A stretch of DNA of 64,000 nucleotides from contig OZ316891.1 in assembly GCA_973895155.1 (NCBI GenBank), positions 15,593,037-15,657,036 on the forward strand. Reading direction: 5' to 3'. A model generated the notes under the pieces. It was not told the origin of the DNA and made no database searches. It saw only the letters and a list, made by a program, of their open reading frames with translations. Origin of the DNA: Marsupella aquatica. Taxonomy: Eukaryota > Plantae > Marchantiophyta. The translations under genes were made by a program, and so were the position numbers. This document shows positions 1 through 11,444 of this stretch, one piece after another; the stretch's first letter is position 1; each line of letters starts with the position of its first letter.

Positions 1-1259
1 AGGTAAGAGTTGTTTCATGGGCGAACTTTCTACAGGAAACTATATGGAGGCAAAGGTAGTGCAGACCCCCAGATGTGCTTTGGAAGACATCCCTTCAAAA
101 CTGCCGGGGAAATGTTAAATAAATTGATGGCGTCGATCTCCATCCCCCAGCTACAGTGATGAATTATTGGTGTGTGTCGGATCGTTCACTGGAAGAAATG
201 AATCACTAACAAGTAGAAGGGTTCTCTAACTCCCTGGTTAGGTATGAAACCACCAATTGTTTATCGATACTATTAACGTTACTGGGGAAGTAATAAAACA
301 AGACGCTGCTGCAGGTCTCATTGTAGACCCTAGATCGGCTGCTATTTTCACAACTGAGCAGGAGCTAGAGCTTGTTGCAGCGAATATAATTGACTCTGCA
401 ACTCATGTGAATGGTCATCTTTTACTGATGGTCTAGGTTCTTCAAAAGAGCTTGTATGGAGTTATACAGTTGCATGAATAGAGAATTTTGGAATATATTT
501 AACTTGTAAAAGTCACCTTCCGTGAAATTCAGGCTGAGAAGTGACAACAATCACCGAGTAATCAGAAACACTGCCAGAGCCCATATCAGGGTTATCTTTT
601 CATGAAAGACGTTCAGATTTACGACAACTTAGTTGTCAATGTGTATATGGAGAATTACTCAAGTTGTCGCCTCCCGAATTTGCCTGTAATTTTTGCCTTT
701 GGCCAAAGAAATCTTGTGCTACAGACGGGGTCTGGGACACTCGCAAAATTACGGAATCAATATGACAAGGAAGCACAGCAGAGCAGTGTGTGGATACTTC
801 CAACGCGACCAACAGTTAGTTGTGCATCAGATATCAGTCGAATGTTTTTGCTTAGATGATTATACAAGGTAGGGTCATCAGTAACTGGTCACAAAGTCGC
901 TACGACATATCTCATGAACTACAAATGGAGGCTGCCACAACGTGTTTGCAGTCAGAGTACTCTCTATTGCAGGCGAGGACCGACCCGGGGCCTACCACTC
1001 AGCCAACTTTGTTTCAGAATCTTATTCCGTGTCCTGCTAAAAGTTCTGGAATAAGGAGTACCGAACACTGGAAATCAATTACGGGGGTGAGTCTTGCACG
1101 ATTCTCATCACGGACAACATTTTGTGTCATGACATGTGGAAGTTTTATTGGATGAATATCGTAGACAGAAGAGTACGTGGTCTACTTTATGTTATGACGA
1201 ATCATGGCCTGCCACCAAAAGGGAAGCGACAGCACCATTTTCGCAAAGAGAATCCATGA
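1..1259 (+). pseudogene. Possible decayed intronless coding sequence of unknown family
   Basis: A protein-like frame can be followed from about 260 to 990 through isolated in-frame stops (TAG/TAA/TGA) and includes the 602-859 ORF. A further open stretch (KFWNKEYRTLEINYGGESCTILITDNILCHDMWKFYW...) ends at TGA 1259. No family recognised. Confidence 0.3.
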
Positions 1260-1297
1260 CACAAACCACCAGGCAGCACCCAGTAACCAACATACCT

Positions 1298-1575
1298 TTT
1301 CTTTCATATTTTATAACCACAAGCCTGAATTCTCATTCTTTGAATGTTAATAGTCTTGTTTCATATTTTGTAACCACAAGCATTAATGCTCATTCTTTGA
1401 ATGTTATTGAAATGATGACAAAATAATCTTGCATGATCATCACTTTGATACATGTTATATCTCATTTTCTTCATCCACGGAAATTTTGGTGGGGCCCTAG
1501 AGTCAAGGTCTAAAGACTTCACTCAAGAAACCTAGACCCCAACTCCTAATTTTTCATTGCAATTAGTTATATAGA
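1298..1575. repeat. Dispersed AT-rich repeat with internal ~60-bp tandem duplication; second copy is split at 20685-20726 + 27059-27210
   Basis: tcatatttt(a/g)taaccacaagc...ctcattctttgaatgtta occurs twice. aatgc.cattctttgaat...atgatgacaaaa recurs at ~20685-20722. ggccctagagtca...cttcactc.agaa.cctagaccccaact...ttagttatatag recurs at ~27130-27210. Confidence 0.6.
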
Positions 1576-2566
1576 TTCCAAATAAAGACATCCACAATGC
1601 TTTTTGTGATGGTAACATGATCCTTTAATAGTCACGCATAAATGGACATCCTGTAAGAGGCTTTGAAAATCATTGCAAAGCCATGCGATGGCAAAGCGAT
1701 CAGAATTTTGCCAAGAATTGTAGTCATGCAGTAGACCCTCCGTCATGGTCAAAACAATGTTCTGTTGCCTCTAGGAATGCCCACATGCTTGGGCAATTTG
1801 GAACTGGATCAAAACACTACTCTGCATCATGATGGTTGTCACCTCCAAGGTCCGATCAATTTGACTTTGCATCAGCTTTGTTCGGTGCCCCAATTGAATG
1901 TCAGCTCTTCTACAAAAAAACTGGATTATCCAGTTCAAGACACCAACATGAGGAAGGCCCTAACCAAGGGACATTAAAAAATAAGGTTGAGGATCCCTTG
2001 GTTATCTAAACTTGTTTTATTAAACTAATTATGGACCCCCCATTAGGGGTCCCTTGCAAATTCCCTGATACAGGATGCACCACATCAGCGAGGATGGTGA
2101 CAAACAGGACACAGCAGGATTTCTGGAAAATAAAAAGGTCCTGGTCATGTTTGTGTTCATATTTGTCTAAATTATGGGGCGCCATGCCGTAAGTATTAAG
2201 TGTAAAAAAAACAGAATACAACGGAAGAGATGTCATTTTTTTCATTGTAACCATATTAGTTACCTTTTGAGTGTTTTTAAATTATTTACTATGTAATTAG
2301 TTAGATAACTGTCTCTAAAGTAACGTAAGTAAATAAGTACTAGCTCATACCTGATCCTGAGAGAGATACCAACGAGCGATGATTGTGAACATGGTCTGAA
2401 ACCCTTCCTAGCTTGGGGATTCTTCGATTCAATTGTTCATTCTTTCACTCACTTGAGCGGCAGTGGGAAGAACTGCTCGTTGCGGAGTGTGAGACAACCA
2501 AGCGAAGGAAATGATTTTGTAACTGGTAATAGCATTTGGTACCTCCTTTTTCATTCGTGTTCCTTC

Positions 2567-2901
2567 GGTTGAGCATAGACGACAATAGCCCATGAAACAT
2601 CCAATGCACAAGTATCGACACCGAGAGATACGTGGTTCACTTCCACATGAGGCTATGTCCATGGGAACACACAAGAACTTTATTGCACTCTAGGTCGATC
2701 GGCCATACCAAGCATCCACAGCACAAGCTCTCCCTATCCCTCAATTGGCTCTGTAACAATGAGCCTGAGTTCTTTTTCTCCAAGCAAACACCGTTTGGGT
2801 ATAGTGTGTGCACAACATGACTAACATAACCTAGTCTATGACTAAGGTTAGCCCTAACTATGGTACAGTTGTAACTCTAGACCTAAGAGTAAATCTTAAC
2901 A
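2567..2901 (-). mobile_element. Copia-type solo LTR (degenerate), same family as 4097-4443 and 4455-4797
   Basis: Its reverse complement aligns end to end with the LTRs at 4.1-4.8 kb (tgttaagatttactcttaggtctag ... gtctatgctcaacc). The flanks ccttc/gcctc are only a partial TSD. Confidence 0.75.
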
Positions 2902-4096
2902 GCCTCTCCAGCTAATGAACTATATCGTCTATTCCATCATAGCTTTGAATTTGACGTATTCATGCCAGATCTTTCTATGTATCTATCTGATGTCGGATCT
3001 ATCTATGTATCTATCTATTTTCATGTTGGATCAAACAATATTATTCCGTGCTGCCTCACATCTAGACCTTGCCCTGTGTTACGAGAAAAATTGGTGGTCT
3101 AAAGGAGTGAACATTGATCTCGATCTTGTAGATAGAGAAAAACTTGAATTCATTAACAAGCTGACCTTGGTCTAGAGGAGGTGTGTGTAAAAGCATCGCA
3201 TCTCAATTCACCCGTCTCATCAAAATCACATACTGGCATTTGCCTGTCCAACGCGCCCAAACATCTTGCTGCCCCATTTGTGGGGGACGTCATGAACGAG
3301 GGCATGAAGCATTGTGTAAGTCCTCAGTATGAAGATGTCAGCGTATAATTTCTAAAGTTAGGGACAAGATGGCGACAGTGGGCGCTTCTTCGGAGCACAA
3401 GTACAATGCCACCTAGCGGGGACTTAGGCACTGTTAGGTAGATCAGGGTATTATATAAAAAAAACTATTTTGCATAAATAAAAAATTTACCTCTTCGTCT
3501 CATTTGTAACAAAAAAATAGATTTCACTTCATCACACACACATTCCTTGGATGAACATGGAGTTCCACACTTTAATTGGAGCCATGAAGAGTTGCACATT
3601 GGAATATATAGATGAGAGGACAAAGATTAAATTGAGGATTCCAAATTAAGTGATTTTTAAATGTAATTTGGACAATGTCATTGAAGACATTCATGGTAAT
3701 ACCAAGGGTAATTCTCCAAGCAAAAAGTTTCCCTTTGTACATCTATGTCTATACAATACAAGTAACAATCCATGTAGTTTATGTAAAATATTACTTTGTC
3801 CATAGTAGTTGAAAGGTCTTAGAATCAAATTTGGTTTAATTTTCTTCCACAGCTAATGGTTCTTGTTTGTGACAAATGATGTTGATGTGGTTGCACATGT
3901 ATCCAGGAATTTTGGAAAAGAACTTCCCATGGGAGTCCGTAACCATGAGTATAACTATAAACTATTGGACATTGACAATGGCTTCATTTGGAGTTGCACC
4001 GCCCATCCCTTGGGGTCTTCTTGGCCCCTCAGGTCTTGTTTACTCTCTATGTTGTCTTGTGGGTGTTCACCATGTTAAATACATTCGGTGCAATGT

Positions 4097-4443
4097 TGTT
4101 AGGTATTTACTCTTAGTTTAGGGGTTACATTGTATCCATAGTTAGGGCTTATCTTAGTCGAGACTAGGCTAGGTTAACTAGGCTGCACACAATATCCCAA
4201 GCGGTGTTTACTTGGATATGAGAAACTTAGGCTCATTGTTACGGAATCAGTTGAGAGATTGAGAGGTCTTGTATTATGGAGACTCAGTATGGTCAACGGG
4301 CCTAGCTAGAGTGCAATAAAGCTCTTGTGTGTTCCCGTGACCGTAGCCTCAAGCTAAGGTGAGCCACATATCTCTCTGTGTCGACTACTTGTGCGGTGGA
4401 TGGTTCATGAGCTTGCCATTGTGAATGTGGTCTTTGCTCAACA
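4097..4443 (+). mobile_element. Copia-type solo LTR, 347 bp, TSD AATGT
   Basis: TGTTAGG...CTCAACA termini. AATGT lies at 4092-4096 and 4444-4448. It carries a variant of the cgtggacgtagcctc...ggtgaaccacgta box also found in the LTRs of the Copia at 32645-39860. Confidence 0.9.
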
Positions 4444-4454
4444 AATGTCAACTT

Positions 4455-4797
4455 TGTTAGGTATTTACTCAAGGTCTAGGGTTACGACATGTAACCATAG
4501 TTAGACTAACCGTAGTCAGAGATGTGGTTAGGTTAACTAGGATGCACACTATATGCCAAGCGGTGTTTGCTTGGATAAGTGGAACTTAGGCTCATTATTA
4601 TGGAGCCACTTGAGAGATGAGGAGAGCTTACACTGTGGAGATTTGGTATGGCCGACGGGCTTAGAGTTCAGTAAAGCTCTCTTGTGTGTTCCCATGGACG
4701 TAGCCTCGAAGAGGTGAATCACGTATCTCTTGTGTCGATTACTTGCACGTTGGATGTGTCATGTGCTTACTGTTACAACTTTCGTCTATGCTCAACA
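4455..4797 (+). mobile_element. Copia-type solo LTR, 343 bp, TSD AACTT
   Basis: TGTTAGG...CTCAACA termini. AACTT lies at 4450-4454 and 4798-4802. Colinear with, but clearly diverged from, the adjacent LTR. Confidence 0.9.
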
Positions 4798-5762
4798 AAC
4801 TTTACAAGTAAAAAAGGAAACTTAACATTACATGCCACAATGAGATTGATTCCTTGTGGATCTTGTGTCCATCTTATTATTACTATGATTCATGCCACAA
4901 TAACATGGGACATTGAATGCCAAATGGACCTCCACATCTTCCAAAATGCTAGTCATTTGTAACCCAGATGGACTGCATGGAAACCCTCTTTTCAGCTCAT
5001 ATACTACATATGACACCAATGAGTGAAATGCAGTCAACAAATAAGACAGTCAATTCTCAATGAAGTTAGACTATATGAGGTGCATTTGAAAGAGATTTTC
5101 AACATGCTTCCCAGAAAAGTTGGACTGAACTGAATCTCGAGGGAGATAGTGAATGTCAAAGTTAACTGCTAAGTAACTTTGAAAAGAAATGTGTGCCAGT
5201 AAGTGAGAGAAGTAATCTGTAGAAATTCATATCTCTATCAATTCCTCAGGAAAACTTGAAATATTAGACTGGTTGATAAGATTTATGAGCCTAAGAAGAG
5301 CCTGTGCTATTGGATATCCAATGAAACATTGAAGGTCAAACTTTGGTGTTGAAAACATGTTGGAAAAGAAAGGTGTCAAAGGCGTCATGGTCCGCACAAG
5401 TTATCGAGTTCATGAGCTCAATTCGAGGGAACCAGCTCTTTTTCTAGTGGCAAAATTTTGCTAGATCCCACCCCTCCAAAATGTATTTGCCACTTTTGGC
5501 AAAACATGCTACATTTTCTGTCTCCCATTAGTCACATTTTCAGTCTCCCGTTTAGCCACATACCCCCTAGCCAGAATCTAATGGTCATCCTTAAATCTAG
5601 GGAGATCTAATGGTCAAAAAATCATTCAGGAAAAATAGACAAATAATTTTGCTAGCATCTTCTCATTCACACAGGCCGACATATTTTATGCACCATGCAT
5701 TTTGGTGCGCTTTTGTATAAATCAAACTGCCAAAAAACAAAGAGCACCCAATCGGGTGACAA

Positions 5763-5835
5763 GTCCCTCAGGCAAGAAACCCAATCAAGGGAGAAAAAGC
5801 AAAGAGCCAAAAAGCCAAAAGAACTGGGAAAAGAG
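5763..5835. repeat. A-rich dispersed repeat with an inverted relative at ~10031-10122
   Basis: tccctcaggc...aaagagccaaaaagcc here. The reverse complement (ggctttttggctcttt...gcctgaggga) lies at 10055-10119. Confidence 0.55.
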
Positions 5836-5989
5836 CCCCAAGGCAAGAAAGTTGGGTGCTTTAAAGTTCAGAGGCTCTTTATCAAACATTTGATATGCAC
5901 CATACATTCTGATTTGCTTGTTGGCGTTGAAAAGTTCAGAGGTTTCATTTGGTTTTTTGGTGGCAAGATAAATAAATGAGAGGGATATG

Positions 5990-6219
5990 CTTAGTAGACC
6001 CCCTTCTGGAAAAAAGTTTGCTTAATCAACCCCTTGGATACTTTTCCCCAATCTGGACCATTGATGAACCTTTCAATCTCAGATCTGGGCTGTTCATAGA
6101 CCTCAGGGAAAAAAGTTTGCTTAATCAACCCCTTGGATACTTTTCCCCAATCTGGACCATTCATGAACCTTTCAATCTCAGATCTGGGCTGTTCATAGAC
6201 CTCAGGGGGGTCGATTAAG
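5990..6219. repeat. MITE-like unit containing a near-perfect 99-bp tandem duplication
   Basis: 99-bp units start at 6008 and 6107 with one substitution (ttgatg/ttcatg). They are bounded by the imperfect inverted repeat cttagtagaccccc (5990-6003) / gggggtcgattaag (6206-6219). Confidence 0.65.
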
Positions 6220-7130
6220 TAACAAGTTTCATTTTGGGAGTCGATCAAGCAAATACCTCGAATAAATGATTATCTTAAACTCCATGGTAGTCACCTGCAA
6301 ATGCAGACGGGATTCCGCTGAGATTTCATTCTAAGAGTCTCTTTACAAATCTTTCAAGGCAAAACGAAGAGTCTCCTAACAATGAGACGGTCCAAAGCCA
6401 CCAGTAACTGCTGATTAAGCGGCTGCAATCTTCACTGCACGGCGATAAAAGTCACTCGAGCACATGATTGTGCTTTGAAGTCACTGGGCGAAGCTTTCCT
6501 GTGAACTTAGCTTGAAGTGAAGAGTGACAGCTTTGTCCTCACCGGCTTTGTTTTTGTTTTTGCTCCCGATGCTGGCCTGGCTCTTGCCATCATTCCAAAG
6601 CACTTCCATATCGCACTTCCATACCTTTGCCTTCAAGACTGGAATTCTTTCAAATCTTCTGGGCAATCAAGAGTCTGCAGGACTATTCAAATAGTGTGGA
6701 GATAATTATACCACACTACGACCGGGAAACAGGAATCCCAAAAAGGCAGGGGACCCAATCAGAGCTGGTGAAAAGGTGTGGTCGGCGGACTGGCAGAGGC
6801 TAGACAGTTCTTGCTCGTGCAGGCAGCATGTGCTTGTGTCTACAAACAGTGTAAACTGGACGGTTGTGACGTACGTGAACAGGTTTTGAGAAGGATGGAG
6901 CTAAATTTAGGGGGCTTTACAAGAAAACCAGACAACAAATGACAGACAACAAATGACCAGTCATTTCCAAGATTTTTGCTTCAAGTTTTAGTAAGAACCC
7001 TTCATATCAAGTGACCTGTCCAGGTTGGTATCGACCGCTAGTGACACCAAGTTTAGTGACCTGTCCTTGTTGGTATCTTGGTATCAAGATACCGCTAGTG
7101 ACATAAAATTTGTAAGAGGACAAAGAAGTC

Positions 7131-7346
7131 CAGCAAAATACTTGATGGGCCCTCTAGCTAAAGATATTCCTGACCAGCCCCTAACTTTTCAAATATACTT
7201 AATGGGGCCCCTTGTCCCTGTAACCCTTCTCAAGACCTGTCATATTATTTTTTCCATTTTTTAACTGTAACATGACCATACAATTATCTAAGTCAGTCCA
7301 TCATATATATTGGCTAGAAGCAAATTTTAGTGTACTCTTCCTGAAA

Positions 7347-7388
<42 letters not shown>

Positions 7389-8599
7389 GTATGTACAAAG
7401 TATTTCACCCCTGTCACTCTCATAGTCATTTTCAATTACTCCTGCATAGAAAGTAGGGAGTCATGTCCAAAGTACTCTGTGAAATATACAAGTGAATGGA
7501 TTCCTAGCTCATGGAAGAAGCGTCGGCCAAACCCAAAAAGACAGAGAAGTTGGTTTTAAAAACCGGAGCTTGTGGTCAAATAGCAAATTGTTTGCCTCCA
7601 AATCCAGAGGATGGTAGTAAAGGGGATCATCGACTGGATGTTTTGCAAAACTGAATTACTTAGGCAGGATTCGGGAGTGAAGCCGCATGCTAAACTGTCA
7701 ATGTCTTCGTAGTTTTTACAGATTGGACTGGTGGTCATAGGGTGTGACATGCAAAGTGAAATTTTTAAGGTCACTTTGAGTCAACCTAGAGACGTGAATT
7801 GCGATATGATTTTGATAGCCAATTTTGTGGTTGTTGCACCAACATTGAGCTCAAAATTATAAGGTCGTATAACTTCTTTAACAATTTTTACTATGCTCAT
7901 CTTTATGAATTCAATTGATGCCTTATGAATTCAATTAATGCCTTGTGTACTAAGCTAAAGAATAGAAAGTGTCGGTTAATTGGCATTGTGTAAATTGCCT
8001 GTAATACTCTACCTAGGTGCTCACATCCAAAAAAATATCACAAAAATGACACCAAGGAAATGCTCACGTCTAAGGTGAATATTTCCAAAAATGTAATTTT
8101 TTAAGCCCCACATGATTTATTTGCAAAAAACAACTTTAAAAAATAGTACCCAAATAGCACCCGGATAGCACCCAAAACCATTGGTTCACCTTCCCAAAAT
8201 TCAGGTAATACTATGCTTTGGAGAAATATTTTCAGGTATGAATAATTCCAAAAAGTTGAGAGAAAATATCTAAAGAGGGCACATATTAAGTACCTTAAGT
8301 ACTATTTCCTTTGCATAAGTATTTCAAAATATGAAACAAATGAATATGGGAATGAGAAAGGCTAAATACTTTTTACATGAGTTATATACATATTTTCAAA
8401 CAAGAGTACACTTAATTGCTTCTAGACAATACATCTAGTGAACTCACATAGATAGTTGTACAGTATGTTACAATTAAAAAATAATATGACAGGTCCTAAG
8501 TGAGGATTACAGGGACAAGGGGCCCCATTAAGTTATTTGAAAAGTTAAGGGCTGGGCAAGAATGCCTTTAGCTAGAGGGGGCCATCAAGTATTTTGCTG
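7131..8599. mobile_element. Non-autonomous long-TIR DNA transposon (Mutator/MULE-like), 10-bp TSD CAAAGAAGTC
   Basis: ~140-bp terminal inverted repeats (cagcaaaatacttgatgg...cttaatggggccccttgtccctgtaa...gacctgtcatattatttttt) at 7131-7272 and 8464-8599. A perfect 10-bp direct repeat lies at 7121-7130 and 8600-8609. No transposase ORF inside. Confidence 0.88.
7351..7386. repeat. (AT)n microsatellite
   Basis: Uninterrupted AT dinucleotide run inside the TIR element. Confidence 0.95.
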
Positions 8600-9289
8600 C
8601 AAAGAAGTCACTTTTTGCCAACTTAAATTTTTTTCCAACTAATGGTTTTGGCAAATTATGGTAACCTGGATCCACATGGGTTTGCTTGGGGGACAGTGAC
8701 CTTTCTACACTATATTGAGAGGTCACTTGTGCAAGAAATCCCAGTTAGTATTGTACATGCAACCGGGACTTCTACCAATCCTACATAAACTAATTCCCCA
8801 AATGCTTTTTGTGTGCATTGTAATTTGGCCAAAAATTGGATCACCTCTTCAGGTTATATGTTTTTAATTCTGGAGGAGCATTCCTGGGAAACTCATTTCT
8901 TGTTGTCCATTCGGTATTTCTTGTTGCCCACTCGGTGTTGCAATTATGCTGCTGAAGTGAAGCCATGAGAGTGAATGGCGTCACATTTCTAAATGCTGCC
9001 TATAGTGTGCGTATACACATAAGTGCAGAGTTTGCTTGACATGAGTCTTCTTAATGAGCTTAGCACAGTTGTAGCAGTTTTCATTGTGACAAGTGAATTT
9101 CCAAGTTCAAGCTTCATTAGTTGACCAGCTTGTGCAAAAACCCTGGTTGTATAATGCAATTCACCAAAAGACTTTGCACACAAAGACTTGACGCTCAGGA
9201 AAAACTGGAGGTCACCATCACATAGGACTGAATGGGGCAGGCGGGCTACATCCAAGAGCGGGACCCAATGGGGTATAATAAATGACTTT

Positions 9290-9990
9290 TCTAGGACCTG
9301 TAGATCTGAATTATTGTGAAAGGACCTATTGTTCTCGTCTTATTCTGCGGTACAGATTTAGACCCAGCACTTTTTTTTTGTTGGAAACACTCTCATTGGA
9401 CTTGTGGATCAGGAATGGTAAATCAATCGCTTCTCATTTGTCGGTAGCACTGCATGACCACTTTTTTGGTCGGAAGGAAATCTAATTGGACCTATGGATC
9501 ACCTTTTTTGTTCAACTCTTTTGGTCTGGAGGCAGTCTAATTGGACCTCTAGAACAGCTTTTGGTGGGGAGGCAGTCTAAGTGGACCACATTGCTGTATA
9601 GGATAACCAATGTCTGGCCGAGGGGCTCTAGGCTGTAACCTTGCATGCATCCAGAGTGTGAGAGTAAGCTGGCGGGCTGCACTTGGGAAGCTTTTTTTAA
9701 CATCGAGGTAGCAGGTTGCAGCCCCTAGCCCTGCCCAGACCTTGGATATCATATGTAAATACTGTCTGGAAAAAATTTCCCCGCCATTTACTTGTGGGCA
9801 CCAGATAATGAGAATTGGCGTGTGGACTAGAAAAGGGTTACACCAGATAATGAGAATAGGAGCCTGGACTATAAATGGTCACCTCCTAATCTTTATTCCG
9901 TACTGAACTTACCCTCCCAAGGTGATCTAATTGGACCTCTGGATCAGCTTTTTTGGTAAGGAGGGAGTCTGATCAAACCTGTGAATCAAA
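9290..9990. repeat. Degenerate ~40-bp minisatellite region
   Basis: Recurrent ctaattggacct.tggatca.cttttt(t)gg units at ~9400-9590 and ~9925-9985. A 42-bp tandem caccagataatgagaat.gg...tggacta starts at 9799 and 9841. Confidence 0.6.
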
Positions 9991-11444
9991 ACACAAGTGA
10001 CTTCCATTTTTTTTGTCCTGACCTACTTGTAAAGCTCTCTTTTTGTGGCTCTTGGGCTTTTTGGCTCTTTGGTTTCCTCCATTAATTTCCCCCCATTTTT
10101 GCCTTTTTGGCCTGAGGGATCCCGTTTCCCAGTAGGCTTCTTTTTGGACTTTGGCAATGATATGTATAAGAAAGAAAAGGACAACAAGTGATATATATAT
10201 AAGAAAGCAAGCAAAACCAGGGGATACATATAAGAAAGCAAGGGAAAACTAGTGATACATTTCCTCTGACATGCCTTGATGGCCCACTGGTTCCCCTATC
10301 AGTGGGGTCCGCGCAAAATAAATTGAAATTAGAATAAAACAGAAACAACCAGTGATCGAAGAAAGCAAGGGAAAACCAGTGACATATATAAGAAGGCAAA
10401 AACGAAAACAAAAAAATGGCAAGGAAAAAGCAGGAAGACCAAAGACGAAAAAAATAAAATAGCCCGAGAGTCCCGTAAAGAATCTGGACATCGGTAGAGT
10501 AGGACTGTGTACGGCGAAAGTTGGTGTTGTTGGCCGTTGTTAGTTGAGGGAGAAGCAGTGTGGGCCGTGCGATTTCGGAACTGCAACATAAACGAATGAT
10601 ATAATTAAAATCGTAACAGACCAGACCCAGCTACTGTACAGGTCTAGTCGAGCCGTCGAGGGGCTTGGTATGCCTATTTATTATTATTGCAGGACCAGAA
10701 GAGACGAGCAGTTAGCACCGCCTCGCCGAGTCGCCTCCCTCCCTCACTCGCTGTTCATATAGCAAGCAGAGGCCCTCGTGCCAAAATTCATTACACGATC
10801 ACACGACATTATCGAATCATTATTATCGCCGCCTCGTCCTCTCTTCTCCTCCCCTCCCTTTTGCACATTGCCTCGACAGGTGGGTCATCCAATAAGAGCA
10901 GAGCCGGGAGCACATCCGAGTGGACAGTGGCACAAGTTAGGAACACTCTGAATAGCCGTCGGTGTTGTCTGTGCTTCTCTTGTGAATGCAGTAGAAGAAG
11001 GAGGTGTTTGATTTGATCGACTGGGGTTGTTTCAGGCACCATAGCCGTGCTGCTGACTGATGTTGCCGGTTGATGGGAAGTCGAGATCAGTTTGGCTTTT
11101 TGCGACGCAGGAATTGAACACCCAGCTTACACGGTCGCTTGTGCTTCTGATAGAATGGGATGAAATCGATTTAAGTCTCAGCTGACAATTCGCTTGTGCT
11201 GCGAGTAGGAGGGGCACTTTTCGTTCATCTGGGAGTTTGAGGTTCTTTGAAACCGATCGTCGTTTTGGCTCTACTGACAGAGCGAGAGGATGCGTTATTT
11301 ACAGCATCTGACATAGCTTCACAAGGAGAAGAAGATATTGTGTGTGTTTTTTGTAAAGGTAGCTTGAAGCTTTTACGAGAAGCGTCGGCAGCGGCCTCGG
11401 AACGGTACGAGAGCGGCATTCGATCCGATTGAGGGTGAGAGAGG

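Noticed and set aside
4097-4797. Single TRIM-like element with two LTRs
   Set aside because: Each LTR has its own TSD, the 11-bp spacer has no PBS or PPT, and the outer flanks (AATGT/AACTT) differ.
4800-5040. GRF-type zinc finger remnant (PCYCG...FFTC) on the minus strand
   Set aside because: Too degenerate to support without a search.
5976-6248. ORFs with a 33-aa repeat on both strands
   Set aside because: They are a by-product of the 99-bp DNA duplication; no other coding signal.
9290-9990. CRISPR-like repeat/spacer array
   Set aside because: The units are degenerate and contiguous with no unique spacers, the context is eukaryotic, and there are no cas genes.
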